Origin: Candidatus Heimdallarchaeota archaeon
Lineage (GTDB): Archaea; Asgardarchaeota; Heimdallarchaeia; JABLTI01
DNA length: 64,000 bases
Direction of reading: 5' to 3'
Assembly (NCBI GenBank): GCA_019058275.1
Contig: JAHLVW010000066.1
Span: 96,001 to 160,000, forward strand
The notes beneath the pieces are model-generated. The model ran no database searches. It was given only the letters and a program-made list of their open reading frames with translations, and was not told the DNA's origin. The position numbers were made by a program, and so were the translations under genes. Positions within the stretch are counted from its first letter, which is position 1; the number at the start of each line of letters is the position of its first letter. Below are positions 9,182 to 19,197 of this stretch, one piece after another.

Positions 9182-10001
9182 ACTCTAGTGATGGTTGTTC
9201 TGCATCTGGGTGAACATTATTGTACCAATAAAGCTCATCACAGAAACTAGCATGGTGTAATGTTTGGGTTCTCCTCATGTTCCAGAATTTTCCTGGATGT
9301 GCTCCTTGTACATTTCCTCTATAGCAAGATGCAATGTAAGCAATGTTCGGATCTTGAAAATCTTTAAGAGCTTCATGTATAACACATTTATCGAATCTGA
9401 ATAATACTTTGTAATCATCAAAGAAGCATGAAGTGAAATTTCCTAATCCAGTTTCAGTCCAATATTTAATTGATTTCTCACCGGATTCCCTTTGAGTTTT
9501 TCTCTTATAATCAGCATTTCTCACTTCTTCATCAACTATTTTAGCAAGAATCTGTTTGTATAACTCAAGACCCTTCTCTTCACCTAAAACATCAATAAAC
9601 GATTTGACGCGATAATAAGAAATTCGTATATAGGCTTTTGTGTAATTTAAATTGAAAATTTCTACTCTGTCATCTTTGGTTTTTGTTCCATCAGGCAAAT
9701 CCCAATATTTGCAAACAAATTGGCTGATTATGTCTTGTAGTTCTTTTTTATCTTTCAAAATTGTTAGATTTTTAACAACTTCTTCAAGTTCTAAGAAACT
9801 TGAATTAACCTTTTTATTATCCACATCTTCGTTTAACCGTTTTTTCAATGCCTGAATGTATTCACTTTCTATCTCTGGTTTGATTTCCATGAGATATTTA
9901 AGAAAAGGTTCAGTTGCTTGAATAATGCGTCCAAGATTTTCAGATGGATTGACATTATGAATTGCTTTAGTATTATAACACTTATGATTCTCAACTTTCA
10001 T
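9156..10001 (-). CDS. ATC-hydrolase/V4R-like family protein, subtype A (copy 1)
   Basis: RFDKCVIHEALK...AYIASC...RRTQTLHHASFCDELYW motif shared with neighbouring paralogs. Confidence 0.75.
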   Translation of the reverse strand: MKVENHKCYNTKAIHNVNPSENLGRIIQATEPFLKYLMEIKPEIESEYIQALKKRLNEDVDNKKVNSSFLELEEVVKNLTILKDKKELQDIISQFVCKYWDLPDGTKTKDDRVEIFNLNYTKAYIRISYYRVKSFIDVLGEEKGLELYKQILAKIVDEEVRNADYKRKTQRESGEKSIKYWTETGLGNFTSCFFDDYKVLFRFDKCVIHEALKDFQDPNIAYIASCYRGNVQGAHPGKFWNMRRTQTLHHASFCDELYWYNNVHPDAEQPSLEFTKNLGKE

Positions 10002-10089
10002 AATTGCTAAGTTAGATTCTTGCTTAAAAAGTATACTCTAAATTCTTGGTAAAACTACAGTCATATTCTCAGAATTCGAGAATTTGTAT

Positions 10090-10758
10090 CTACTCTTGAT
10101 ATGTTTCTTGTAATTTCTTGATTAGTTCTGGGTCTTTTATTAATACAAGTAGAGATGATGCTAGATCATTAATGTAGTTTACAGAATCAATGTCTATATT
10201 GATATATAGATCTGTTAGTATCTTGCTCTTTGGAATTTTTGCAACTATGTCTCTATTATATTCTTGTTCTAAATCAAACATTTTAAGCATAAGCTTTTCA
10301 AAAACATTATAGTTGATCAACGGTTTATTATCAATATTCTCTAAAACAGTGTAGAGTTTTTTTAGATGTTCTTTTCTTTTCTCTGCAACTTCAGGATAAA
10401 CCTCTTCTTTCTTAGCTTTGAGAAATATATCAGCTGTTCGTGTGTACAATTTTTCTGATAATCTCTTTCCCTCTGTTAATCGATGACCAGATATCTTTAC
10501 TAATTCAGCTTCTTCTAATTTCTCTAGATATCGATAAATAGTCTTAATGGTATAGGTGTGCTTATTCGTTTCTTCATCAATATATAGCTCATGAATCTCT
10601 TTTGCAGTCATGTATTTATTGGCTCTTAAAGCCTTAATGATAGTTAGATGTTCTTCTGCAAGTTTTGTTTGCTCTGGATTTAGAAATTTAATAATCGGCG
10701 TTTCATAATCAATATAATTCTTGAATTTGCTGTTTTCTTTTTTTGTCATGATGTACAC
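10090..10758 (-). CDS. Winged-helix (ArsR-like) transcriptional regulator
   Basis: IIKALR..YMTAKEIH...TIKTIYRYLEKLEEAELV...EKLYTRTA wHTH; divergent from the paralog array. Confidence 0.8.
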   Translation of the reverse strand: MYIMTKKENSKFKNYIDYETPIIKFLNPEQTKLAEEHLTIIKALRANKYMTAKEIHELYIDEETNKHTYTIKTIYRYLEKLEEAELVKISGHRLTEGKRLSEKLYTRTADIFLKAKKEEVYPEVAEKRKEHLKKLYTVLENIDNKPLINYNVFEKLMLKMFDLEQEYNRDIVAKIPKSKILTDLYINIDIDSVNYINDLASSLLVLIKDPELIKKLQETYQE

Positions 10759-10827
10759 ACACTATTAGTTCTACTTCTCTTCTAATTAAATCTACTTGCT
10801 ATGTACTTAAGATTAAAGGCAATACTA

Positions 10828-10892
10828 ATATATAATACTGTCCATAAATGTCATTAAGCGACATTTTTTGTCTCTCATAGACAATTAAAGTC
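10828..10892. promoter_or_regulatory. Divergent promoter with TATA-like element and two TGTC-N7-GACA operators (10849-10863, 10869-10883)
   Basis: AAATGTC-ATTAAGC-GACATTT and TTGTCT-CTCAT-AGACAA, 20 bp apart; degenerate third copy at 10839-10853. Confidence 0.7.
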
Positions 10893-10911
10893 TCTTACTT
10901 CTGAACTAAGG

Positions 10912-11760
10912 GTGAAATCAATGAAAGTTGAAAAAGTGGGAAAATTTAATCCAAAACGTACCATTAAAAGGGATATTGCGAGTTCAAATAGATCTTTTCT
11001 TTTATTTCATGAAAGATTTATGAAATATCTCTATGATAAGAAATCAGATATCTATCACTCATATATTGAAAATCTAATCTCTAAATATAAATCTGAAACA
11101 AATCAAGAGTATGAACTTGCTGATGAACTAGATATTAATTCAGTAAAGTCCAAACTAGAATTACTATTGAAAAATCAAGATTTAATCAAAATATGTGTAA
11201 ATTTACATCTTTCGTTGTTAAAAATTCCTCAAAATTATTCTTGGGAACCTGAGGAGCTTTCATTATTACACATAGATGTTGATAGAGCTAATTATGCACC
11301 AAGGTATTTTGCATATAAAACACTGATAGAATTGATTGACAGAAAGGAAGCGATTCGATTTCTTAAGGAATTCACAGATTACTACATTACTAATTTCAGA
11401 GTAGGTAAATATGATGATTTAACATCTATCTTTGATGATGATGTTAAAAGAAGGAAGAAATTCGATTCATCAGTTTATACATGTGTTCTAATTAATGATG
11501 GGAAATATGCTGGAAAATGTGAAAAGTGTATGGGTTATGAATCATTAAAGGATTTAGAGGATAATGAAATATCTGAAATTGTTTTGTGTTATGGTGATTT
11601 TGCTTTAATAAGGAAATTGAATGAGAATTTCCTAGCAACGAGAACCATCACTCTCAATAAAGATCCATATTGTGATTTATGTGTTCACGATACTCGAATT
11701 GTGAAGGAAATTGAGCATCCTTCTCGAGAATTTTTTGATAGTCTAAATAAAAAGAAATGA
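10912..11760 (+). CDS. ATC-hydrolase/V4R-like family protein, subtype C (copy 2)
   Basis: KCEKC...LCYGD...TRTIT...PYCDLCVHDTRIVKEIEHPSREFFD. Confidence 0.75.
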   Translation: MKSMKVEKVGKFNPKRTIKRDIASSNRSFLLFHERFMKYLYDKKSDIYHSYIENLISKYKSETNQEYELADELDINSVKSKLELLLKNQDLIKICVNLHLSLLKIPQNYSWEPEELSLLHIDVDRANYAPRYFAYKTLIELIDRKEAIRFLKEFTDYYITNFRVGKYDDLTSIFDDDVKRRKKFDSSVYTCVLINDGKYAGKCEKCMGYESLKDLEDNEISEIVLCYGDFALIRKLNENFLATRTITLNKDPYCDLCVHDTRIVKEIEHPSREFFDSLNKKK

Positions 11761-11770
11761 GGTAAAAAAA

Positions 11771-12619
11771 ATGGAAGAAAAGTACTACAAATGTTATAAT
11801 GCTGATGCTCTTTTAGGGTTCAATCCTGTTGATAGAATAAGGGATCATATTAAAAGAACAGATTCTATAATAAAATACTTGATAGAATTACAAAAGGATG
11901 TAGCTCCTGATTATGTTGAAGCATTAGTTAAGAGGTTACTTAGTCTAATTAATGATTATAAAATTGATACTAATTCTTTCAATCTAAAAGCAATTGCAAA
12001 AGAACTTAGCTATCTTAAACAAGGAGATCTCTTAACAGATTTGATTATACGCTATATTGCTAAGGAACTCGGTTTACCAGAGAAATCTAAAATCAAATCC
12101 GAATCTGCAGAATTTACTAATCTTAGTCGAGCTAAAGCATCTGAAGGATTTTCTTATTATAGAGTAAAAGCTTTCACTGACATTTTAGGAAAAAAGGATG
12201 GTATAAAGCTCTATTCAAAAATTCTTAGTTTAATTGTCAAAGATATGAATAATTCGATGAAAATTAATGAAAACGATATTATAAAAGCTCGAGGGGAAAG
12301 ATCAGTTAAACGTTGGTGCAAAGTTGGAGCGGGAGATTTTTGTTTCAAGATATTTGATGACAATAAAATACTGTACCGTTTTGATAAATGTGTCACTCAT
12401 GAAGCTCTCAAGAGCTTCAATGATCCTGATGTAGCTTATATCGCATCATGCTTCATTGGTGATATTGAGGAATACAATGTGAGTGATTTTATTCATTTAA
12501 GGAGAACTCAAACATTGCATCATGGAGATTTTTGTGATGAGCTTTATTGGGATAGTAGAGTTCACAATAATCCTGAACAACCGTCTCTTGAGTATGCTCG
12601 AAAAATTGGAAAAACCTAG
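11771..12619 (+). CDS. ATC-hydrolase/V4R-like family protein, subtype A (copy 3)
   Basis: RFDKCVTHEALK...AYIASCFIGD...RRTQTLHHGDFCDELYW. Confidence 0.75.
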   Translation: MEEKYYKCYNADALLGFNPVDRIRDHIKRTDSIIKYLIELQKDVAPDYVEALVKRLLSLINDYKIDTNSFNLKAIAKELSYLKQGDLLTDLIIRYIAKELGLPEKSKIKSESAEFTNLSRAKASEGFSYYRVKAFTDILGKKDGIKLYSKILSLIVKDMNNSMKINENDIIKARGERSVKRWCKVGAGDFCFKIFDDNKILYRFDKCVTHEALKSFNDPDVAYIASCFIGDIEEYNVSDFIHLRRTQTLHHGDFCDELYWDSRVHNNPEQPSLEYARKIGKT

Positions 12620-12659
12620 TCAAATTCATTGAAGTAAATTTAAAAGGAATGAATGAAAA

Positions 12660-13535
12660 ATGAAATTTCAAGAATATGGGTCATATGCTCCAGAAACATT
12701 GAAAAATTTGGAAGAAATACAACCATTAGAGATTGCTCAAAAATCATCATTAAGTCGATTAAATTATTTTATTGGGTTCTTTAAGGAAAAAAGACCAAAG
12801 GATTTTGAAAAATATCTGAAAAATCTGAAAAAGAAATATGTTAGTTTAGTAAAGAAGGATTATTGTGATAAAAGAAAATTCGATGTAACGAAATCATTAG
12901 AAGAATTAACTAATTTACAGAATTACAAAAAATTAGTAACTGATAGTATAAATTATGTATTGCAATTACTTGAATTACCAGATGATGTTGATTGGGTAAA
13001 CGAGAAGGTTAAAGTTCCACTAGGGAATTATTTCAAATCATTTTTAGTTCCTAGATATCAAAATGCAGCTGTTTTTTCTGATACAATTGGACGAGAAGAA
13101 GGGATTAAGCTTTACAAAATCTATAGAACTGAATACGTGAAATTCTCAATTCCTGGAAGTAAAAATCAACATTCAACTTTGGAAAATTTGCATGAAGATA
13201 ATGTTAAGGATTTTGAATGAAATGGAAATCTTGGTTGGGTTCGAATAGAAAGTACAGTTGAGAATGGCAAATTAGTTTATCGAAGAGATTCTTGTCTATG
13301 GGCAGAAGCAATAAAAGATTACCCAGATAATGATTTCAAATTTCTTGCTGCTTGTTATGGTGATTACCAAGGAACAAAGATGATTTGGAATGAAGATTTT
13401 GTCCTAACAATGAATCATACAATAGCAAAAGGCGATTTGTATTGCAGTTGCGTTGTTCACGATACAAAAATAGATTGGGATTTAACTCATCCGCCAGATG
13501 AATTTTGGGAATCTATTTGGCCATTACGAGAATAG
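12660..13535 (+). pseudogene. ATC-hydrolase/V4R-like subtype B (copy 4), in-frame TGA at 13218-13220
   Basis: Same frame continues after the TGA with RRDSCLWAE...ACYGDYQ...LTMNHTIAKGDLYCSCVVHDTKIDWDLTHPP to TAG at 13533. Confidence 0.8.
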
Positions 13536-13571
13536 CAGAAAAAAAGTGATTGAATCATATGAGGTTTTCAA

Positions 13572-14435
13572 ATGAAATTTGAACAGCATGGAAAAGAAGT
13601 TATTAATTTAGAAATTAAATATAATCCATTTGAATTTGCAGAAAGTAACTTATTCAAGAGATTAAGTAATATATATGGTTACGTCAAAGAGAATAAACCT
13701 GAAATATATGATGAATTAATTGAAAAAGTATCACAAAAAATTAAGTTATTACCAAAGAAAGACTTTTTCACAAATAAATCAAAAGTAATTGAAAGAATAG
13801 CTCAATGTAATTATCTTCTAGAAAATCAGGATTCAGTTATAAGACACCTAAATATTTTCATCGATACACAAGGAATAACTGATAGTGAATATTGGCAGAA
13901 AAATGAAATAAAAATCCCAGCTAAGAATTTCATGCATTCAGCAAAAGATCTCTATTTTCTATATATAACCTCGCTTGTGGAAATTATAGGAAAAGAAAAT
14001 ACAATAGAAATTTACAAAAAAATGATTGATAGTTACGTAAGAAAATACGATACAAATCAGCTGAATATTTTCAATGATTTAGAAGACATGCGTACGAGAG
14101 TTATTCGATGGGTTGATAATAATCCATATGGCAGAGTACGTCTCATCAGCACAGTTGAGAATGGACGATTAATAGAAATTTGTAAAAACTGTGAAAAAGT
14201 GCAGTATCTAGATGATTTTGATGAACTAGATGGAGACTTATTGTACATAGAATCTTGTTATTGTCATAAACCTTTGGCAGAAATGTAGAATGATAATTTT
14301 GTATTAACACTTGAAGAATGCATTGCCAAAGGAGATCCATATTGTGCTTATGTCTATCATGATAAAAGAATCGTGGAGAAAATTGAACATACACCAAAGG
14401 AATTCTTTGATGAAATAATTTCAAAATTTGACTAG
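13572..14435 (+). pseudogene. ATC-hydrolase/V4R-like subtype C (copy 5), in-frame TAG at 14286-14288
   Basis: Frame continues NDNFVLTLEECIAKGDPYCAYVYHDKRIVEKIEHTPKEFFD; the TAG aligns with the Trp of paralog WNEDFVLT. Confidence 0.8.
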
Positions 14436-14534
14436 AATTTAAGCTAATTTGAGAAAAGAAGATATTCAAAAAATAATGATAGAAAATTGTGAAATTTATC
14501 GATGAAAGTAATGAGAAAATTATTGGTGAGAAAA

Positions 14535-16298
14535 ATGGAAATAAAATCATATAAATGTTATAATACAAAAGCAGAAATTGAATTTAATCCAAATACTTGG
14601 ATTCAAGACCAATTAGGAAATATGAATTCAGTGATAAAATACCTAACTGAATTCAAACCTGAATTTGTAGTAGATTATGTACAACATTTAATTAAGAGAA
14701 TAAAGAATGCAATAGATTCTATTGAGAAGAAAGATGGATATTATGACTTACCAGCAATAAAGGAGAAATTTGAATTTCTTGATAAATATCCCAATCTCCG
14801 AATATTAACTCAAGAGTTCCTTTTAGCACATATGAATCCAATGAAGAAATCGCCAACTGACTCTAAGAAATTCATTGTATATGGGTTAAATCAATCTATG
14901 GCTTTTAGAAGAATTTCCTATCATAGCGTGAAATCTTTTTCGGAAATGATTGGAAAAGAAGAAGGAATAAAACTCTATACAAAAATTCTTACTCGAATTA
15001 TTGAAGATGCGAACAAGAAAAACCCACAAAAAAGTGATATTTCTGTTACTAAAAGACGAAAAAATGCTATCAAAAGTTGGTGTGAAATTGGTATGGCTGA
15101 TTTCACTTGTTGTGTTTTAGATGAACATAAAATTATTTTCAGATTTAATAATTATTTTGCTCATGAAGCTTTGAAAGATTTCAATGATCCAGATATAGCT
15201 TATTATGCTTCTTGCTATGGTGCTGACATTCCAGCCTTTAATAAAGGAAGAATTATCCATATAAGAAGAACTCAAACACTTCACCATGCTGATTTCTGTG
15301 ACGAAATGTATTGGGATTCTCGAGTTCATAATAATCCAAAACAGCCTTCTTTGGATTTTACAAGAAAACTGGGAAAAAGAATGAAATTGGAAGTAATAAA
15401 GTTTGGTGAATTTAATCCAAACGCGTTAGATCGTGTTTTGGAAATTCAGCCAGTTGAAACCATTCTGAGTATTGCAAATAATAAAGTAAATAATTTTGCT
15501 TGTTTGAAAAGATTGGATCATTTATTAGGATTTATTGATAGAAACTATTCATCATTTTTAGAAAAATACATTGAAAATCTAAACACTAAATTTCAAACTT
15601 TATTAAAGGAAAACCTATTTGGAGATAATAAATTTGTTCTAACTAAGATTTTTGAAGAAACAGATTATTTGAAAAAATCTACTAACCTTGTTGAAAATAT
15701 ATTGAGTTATTACATAGAGCTGTTAAGATTATCAGATAATTTTGATTGGATAAAAGATAGAATTGAAGTTAAACAACGTGATTATTTCCGATCATTCCTA
15801 ATTCCAAACTACTATTACTTGTTAGTATTGACAGAGACAATTGGTCGAGAAGAAGGTATAAGGTTATTCAAGATGCATATATCTGACTTTCTTATTAATC
15901 AAAAACCTAAATCACCTATCAATTTTACAACTCTTGAAGACTCGTTTGAGAAAAGAAAAAATTCTGCAAAGAATCCCTCTGATTGGGTTATAATATATGG
16001 CATGCTATCAAAAAGTAAGCTGGCTTTTCGAAATGATAATTGTCTTTGGATTGATGTTTTGCAAGATTTGCCTGATAAGGAGTTAAAATACTATGTGTGT
16101 TGTTATGGGGACTATCAAAATGCGAATACCTATTCTAATGGAAATGTTGTCTTAACTATGGAACATACAATTGCTCAAGGAGATCAGTATTGTTCTAGAG
16201 TAAAACATGATACAAGAATTGATTGGAACTTGGAGCATCCAAAGAAAGAATTTTTCGACAATATGTGGCCAATACATGACAGCAAAAAAGAAAACTAA
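14535..16298 (+). CDS. Two fused ATC-hydrolase/V4R-like domains (subtype A copy 6 + subtype B copy 7; second ATG at 15381)
   Basis: Two complete family domains; junction GGA AAA AGA ATG is one A away from a GKE-stop/ATG overlap; GGTGAG RBS before 14535. Confidence 0.75.
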   Translation: MEIKSYKCYNTKAEIEFNPNTWIQDQLGNMNSVIKYLTEFKPEFVVDYVQHLIKRIKNAIDSIEKKDGYYDLPAIKEKFEFLDKYPNLRILTQEFLLAHMNPMKKSPTDSKKFIVYGLNQSMAFRRISYHSVKSFSEMIGKEEGIKLYTKILTRIIEDANKKNPQKSDISVTKRRKNAIKSWCEIGMADFTCCVLDEHKIIFRFNNYFAHEALKDFNDPDIAYYASCYGADIPAFNKGRIIHIRRTQTLHHADFCDEMYWDSRVHNNPKQPSLDFTRKLGKRMKLEVIKFGEFNPNALDRVLEIQPVETILSIANNKVNNFACLKRLDHLLGFIDRNYSSFLEKYIENLNTKFQTLLKENLFGDNKFVLTKIFEETDYLKKSTNLVENILSYYIELLRLSDNFDWIKDRIEVKQRDYFRSFLIPNYYYLLVLTETIGREEGIRLFKMHISDFLINQKPKSPINFTTLEDSFEKRKNSAKNPSDWVIIYGMLSKSKLAFRNDNCLWIDVLQDLPDKELKYYVCCYGDYQNANTYSNGNVVLTMEHTIAQGDQYCSRVKHDTRIDWNLEHPKKEFFDNMWPIHDSKKEN

Positions 16299-16317
16299 AA
16301 ATCTGTGTGATAAAAAA

Positions 16318-17190
16318 ATGAAATTTCAAAAATATGGTAAAAAGATTCCAGAAGCTCTTGAGATTGTAATAGAAATACAACCTCTTGATTTTGCTATGAA
16401 ATCACCATTCAAGAGATTGAATTATTTATTGGGTATGGTAAAGAAAAAGAAACAAAGCATATTCTTAGAATATATTAGGAATCTAGGATTGAAATACGAA
16501 TCACTAGTGAAAGAAGATTTCGTATCAAATAGAGAAGATCATAATATCAATGAATTCTTAACCAAATTCGAAATTTTGAAAGACCATCCAAAATTGGTCA
16601 AAAATTATCTAAATTATTTTTTACAAATTCTACATATCCTAGATAAGGACAATTGGTTAAAAGAAAAAGTGAAAGTAATAAATAGAAATCACATTCGTTC
16701 ATTTTTACTTCCAAAATACTACAATTTGCTAACATTAACTGAGACTATAAATCGGGATGAAGCAATTAGTTTGTATAAATTATATGTTACTCAATACATC
16801 AAAGATAATGCAGCTCCTAATAGAAAAATCTTTGATAAATTAAAGGATTTTAAAAAATACTTTGAAAAGGATAAAGAAGAAATAACAATTGGGTGGTATG
16901 GTTTTCTAAGTGATGTCAATGATGGTAAATTCTGCTTTAGAAAAGATAATTGTCTATGGGCAGATATACTAACTGATTTGCCTGATGTAATGTTAAAATA
17001 CCTTGTTTGTTGTTATGGAGATTTTCAGGCAGCAGTAACAAGGAGTAATGATAATTTTATTCTAACAATGAAACATACAATAATTGAGGGAGATCCTTAC
17101 TGTGACTGTATTATACATGATACAAATATTGATTGGGATCTAACCCACCCACCAAAGGAATTCTGGGATAATCTAAATTCAATTGAATAA
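16318..17190 (+). CDS. ATC-hydrolase/V4R-like family protein, subtype B (copy 8)
   Basis: Start MKFQKYG matches paralogs; FRKDNCLW...CCYGDFQ...HTIIEGDPYCDC..HDT.IDWDLTHPP. Confidence 0.75.
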   Translation: MKFQKYGKKIPEALEIVIEIQPLDFAMKSPFKRLNYLLGMVKKKKQSIFLEYIRNLGLKYESLVKEDFVSNREDHNINEFLTKFEILKDHPKLVKNYLNYFLQILHILDKDNWLKEKVKVINRNHIRSFLLPKYYNLLTLTETINRDEAISLYKLYVTQYIKDNAAPNRKIFDKLKDFKKYFEKDKEEITIGWYGFLSDVNDGKFCFRKDNCLWADILTDLPDVMLKYLVCCYGDFQAAVTRSNDNFILTMKHTIIEGDPYCDCIIHDTNIDWDLTHPPKEFWDNLNSIE

Positions 17191-17374
17191 GTTGTGAGTT
17201 TATTTTGATGAATACAAAAGAAACTAATAAAAAAAATGTAAAATTCATCGATAATTTCTATGCAAATAGAAATCTGAATTAACTATTGAACAATCCTTAT
17301 TATTTCATAATAAGATATTAACACAATATAATCAATTCAATAACCTTAATATTTCATCCAAGCTTCCTTTTTTC

Positions 17375-17998
17375 ATGAAAAAAAACACCAAAATCATTCT
17401 AGGTGTAATTATTCCATTAGTAGTTATAGGTGCAAGTATAGGAGGAATAATGCTCTATAATTTTCTGCAGAAAAGAGCTATAGCAAAATTAGAACCTCCC
17501 ATAATTGATTTTCCTGTAGAAAATACTGATACAATAGATATTATCTGGGGTTATGGTGATCAAGGAGGAGATTTTCATAATGGTATTGACTTTGGTTGTA
17601 ATTCATCAGTAAGCATTTTGGCTTGGTGTGATATGACTGTTGTAGATGTTACAACCTTTTTAAATGATAGAAATGGACTTTGGCAAACTAATGTATTTCT
17701 AGAATTTAACAAGCGCTTTACTTTCGATTGTGCTTTTGAACCTGGATCACAAAATGAAACATATGCCAATTTACAAAGAGATGCGATAAATGTAGAAGTA
17801 GGCCAAACAATTCAAAGAGGAGAAGTACTAGGCGAGTTGTTAATTCATAGAGGTGGAACACACATACATTTTGGGATGCATGATCAAGGAGAATCTGTAT
17901 GTGCTTATCACTATTTTTCCGAAACAGCTAAAGCAATTTTTAATCCTCTTTGGATTAAATATGGTTTTGGAGATGATAGTTGGTATGACGATCCTTAA
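17375..17998 (+). CDS. Membrane-anchored M23-family metallopeptidase-like protein
   Basis: N-terminal TM, FHNGIDF (HxxxD), V.VGQ.IQRGEVLG and HIHF (HxH) motifs. Confidence 0.7.
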   Translation: MKKNTKIILGVIIPLVVIGASIGGIMLYNFLQKRAIAKLEPPIIDFPVENTDTIDIIWGYGDQGGDFHNGIDFGCNSSVSILAWCDMTVVDVTTFLNDRNGLWQTNVFLEFNKRFTFDCAFEPGSQNETYANLQRDAINVEVGQTIQRGEVLGELLIHRGGTHIHFGMHDQGESVCAYHYFSETAKAIFNPLWIKYGFGDDSWYDDP

Positions 17999-18054
17999 TC
18001 TAAAAAAATACTGATTTTTTAGTTAATGAATTTATATTAATAAAATAAATTTGG

Positions 18055-18879
18055 TTGATAGAATTGAACGAAAAGAAATTTCAACATGTTGAAGGCAAAT
18101 ATGTCAGAATAAAAGATCTAAAAATGTATTATGAGGAATATGGTTATGGGTATCCTCTAATATTAATTCATGGTGGAGCAAGCTCTATTCAGATGTGGGA
18201 TCATCAGATTCCGGATTTTTCAAGTTTTTTCAAAGTAATTGCTGTTGATTGTCGTGGTCAAGGTAAAACAAACAATCCAAGTGGTGAATTTCACTATAAG
18301 CAAATGGCTGATGATTTTGCTAATCTGATAAAGAAATTAGAATTGGAAAAAGTACTGATTTGTGGATGGAGCGATGGTGCACAGATTGCTCTTGAGATGG
18401 GATTACTTTATCCTGAATTAGCAAAAGCATTGATTGTAGGTGGAGCATTACTAGATGTCAGCCAAGAAATGATTGAAGGTATGAAAGCTATTGGTACTGA
18501 AGGACCAGGAAAAATTAATTATGAGCATTTAGAAAAATCTCTTCCTTGTTTTGTAAAATTGCTTAAGGAACATCATTCCTTTGTCTATGGTGAGGAATAT
18601 TGGAAAGAAATGTTAGCAAATATAACGAAGATGTGGTTAGATCCTAAAGAATTTCTTGGGGATAAAGTTAAGAAAATACCAACTCCTTCACTTATACTTC
18701 AAGGTGATCGTGATGATTACATACCAATTTCTGATGCTATTAAAATGCATGAATTGATGCCTAAAACAGAATTAGCAATAATACCAAATGCCAATCATGA
18801 TGTATATGAAACTAGTACAGAAATATTCAATAAAATTACCTTGGGCTTTCTTTTAAGACAAACTAAAGATGATGAATAG
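18055..18879 (+). CDS. Alpha/beta-fold hydrolase
   Basis: LILIHGG, DCRGQG, GWSDGA nucleophile elbow, QGDRD, NANH. Confidence 0.9.
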   Translation: MIELNEKKFQHVEGKYVRIKDLKMYYEEYGYGYPLILIHGGASSIQMWDHQIPDFSSFFKVIAVDCRGQGKTNNPSGEFHYKQMADDFANLIKKLELEKVLICGWSDGAQIALEMGLLYPELAKALIVGGALLDVSQEMIEGMKAIGTEGPGKINYEHLEKSLPCFVKLLKEHHSFVYGEEYWKEMLANITKMWLDPKEFLGDKVKKIPTPSLILQGDRDDYIPISDAIKMHELMPKTELAIIPNANHDVYETSTEIFNKITLGFLLRQTKDDE

Positions 18880-18883
18880 TACT

Positions 18884-19054
18884 CTAAAAACATAATGCTA
18901 AGTAAATGAATCCAAACATTAGTACGGAGAGCAATAAACCAATAAGAAGTGCTTTAATTGGTGAAACTTTTAGATTATCTCGAGCCATTTTTGCTGAATA
19001 TTCTTCATCATAATCAGCTGGATATAACCTATTGTATCTGATATCATAACCCAA
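18884..19054 (-). CDS. Small (56 aa) protein with C-terminal TM helix
   Basis: Below ORF-track cutoff; TTG start, MGYDIRYNRLYPADYDEEYSAKMARDNLKVSPIKALLIGLLLSVLMFGFIYLALCF; fills the gap after the hydrolase. Confidence 0.55.
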   Translation of the reverse strand: MGYDIRYNRLYPADYDEEYSAKMARDNLKVSPIKALLIGLLLSVLMFGFIYLALCF

Positions 19055-19197
19055 TGAAATCCCTAGGTACTTATTATTCAGCGTTACTAATTAATATTTC
19101 CGATTTCAACAAACATCTTATCCTATAGTTTTAGATAATTAGCAAGAAAAGTATATTAGAAAAGGGGTTGATAATTGAATATGGGTTGGGATGAATA

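Noticed and set aside
13218-13220. Selenocysteine at the in-frame TGA of array copy 4
   Set aside because: The position aligns with a variable non-Cys linker in paralogs, and no SECIS-like element was recognised.
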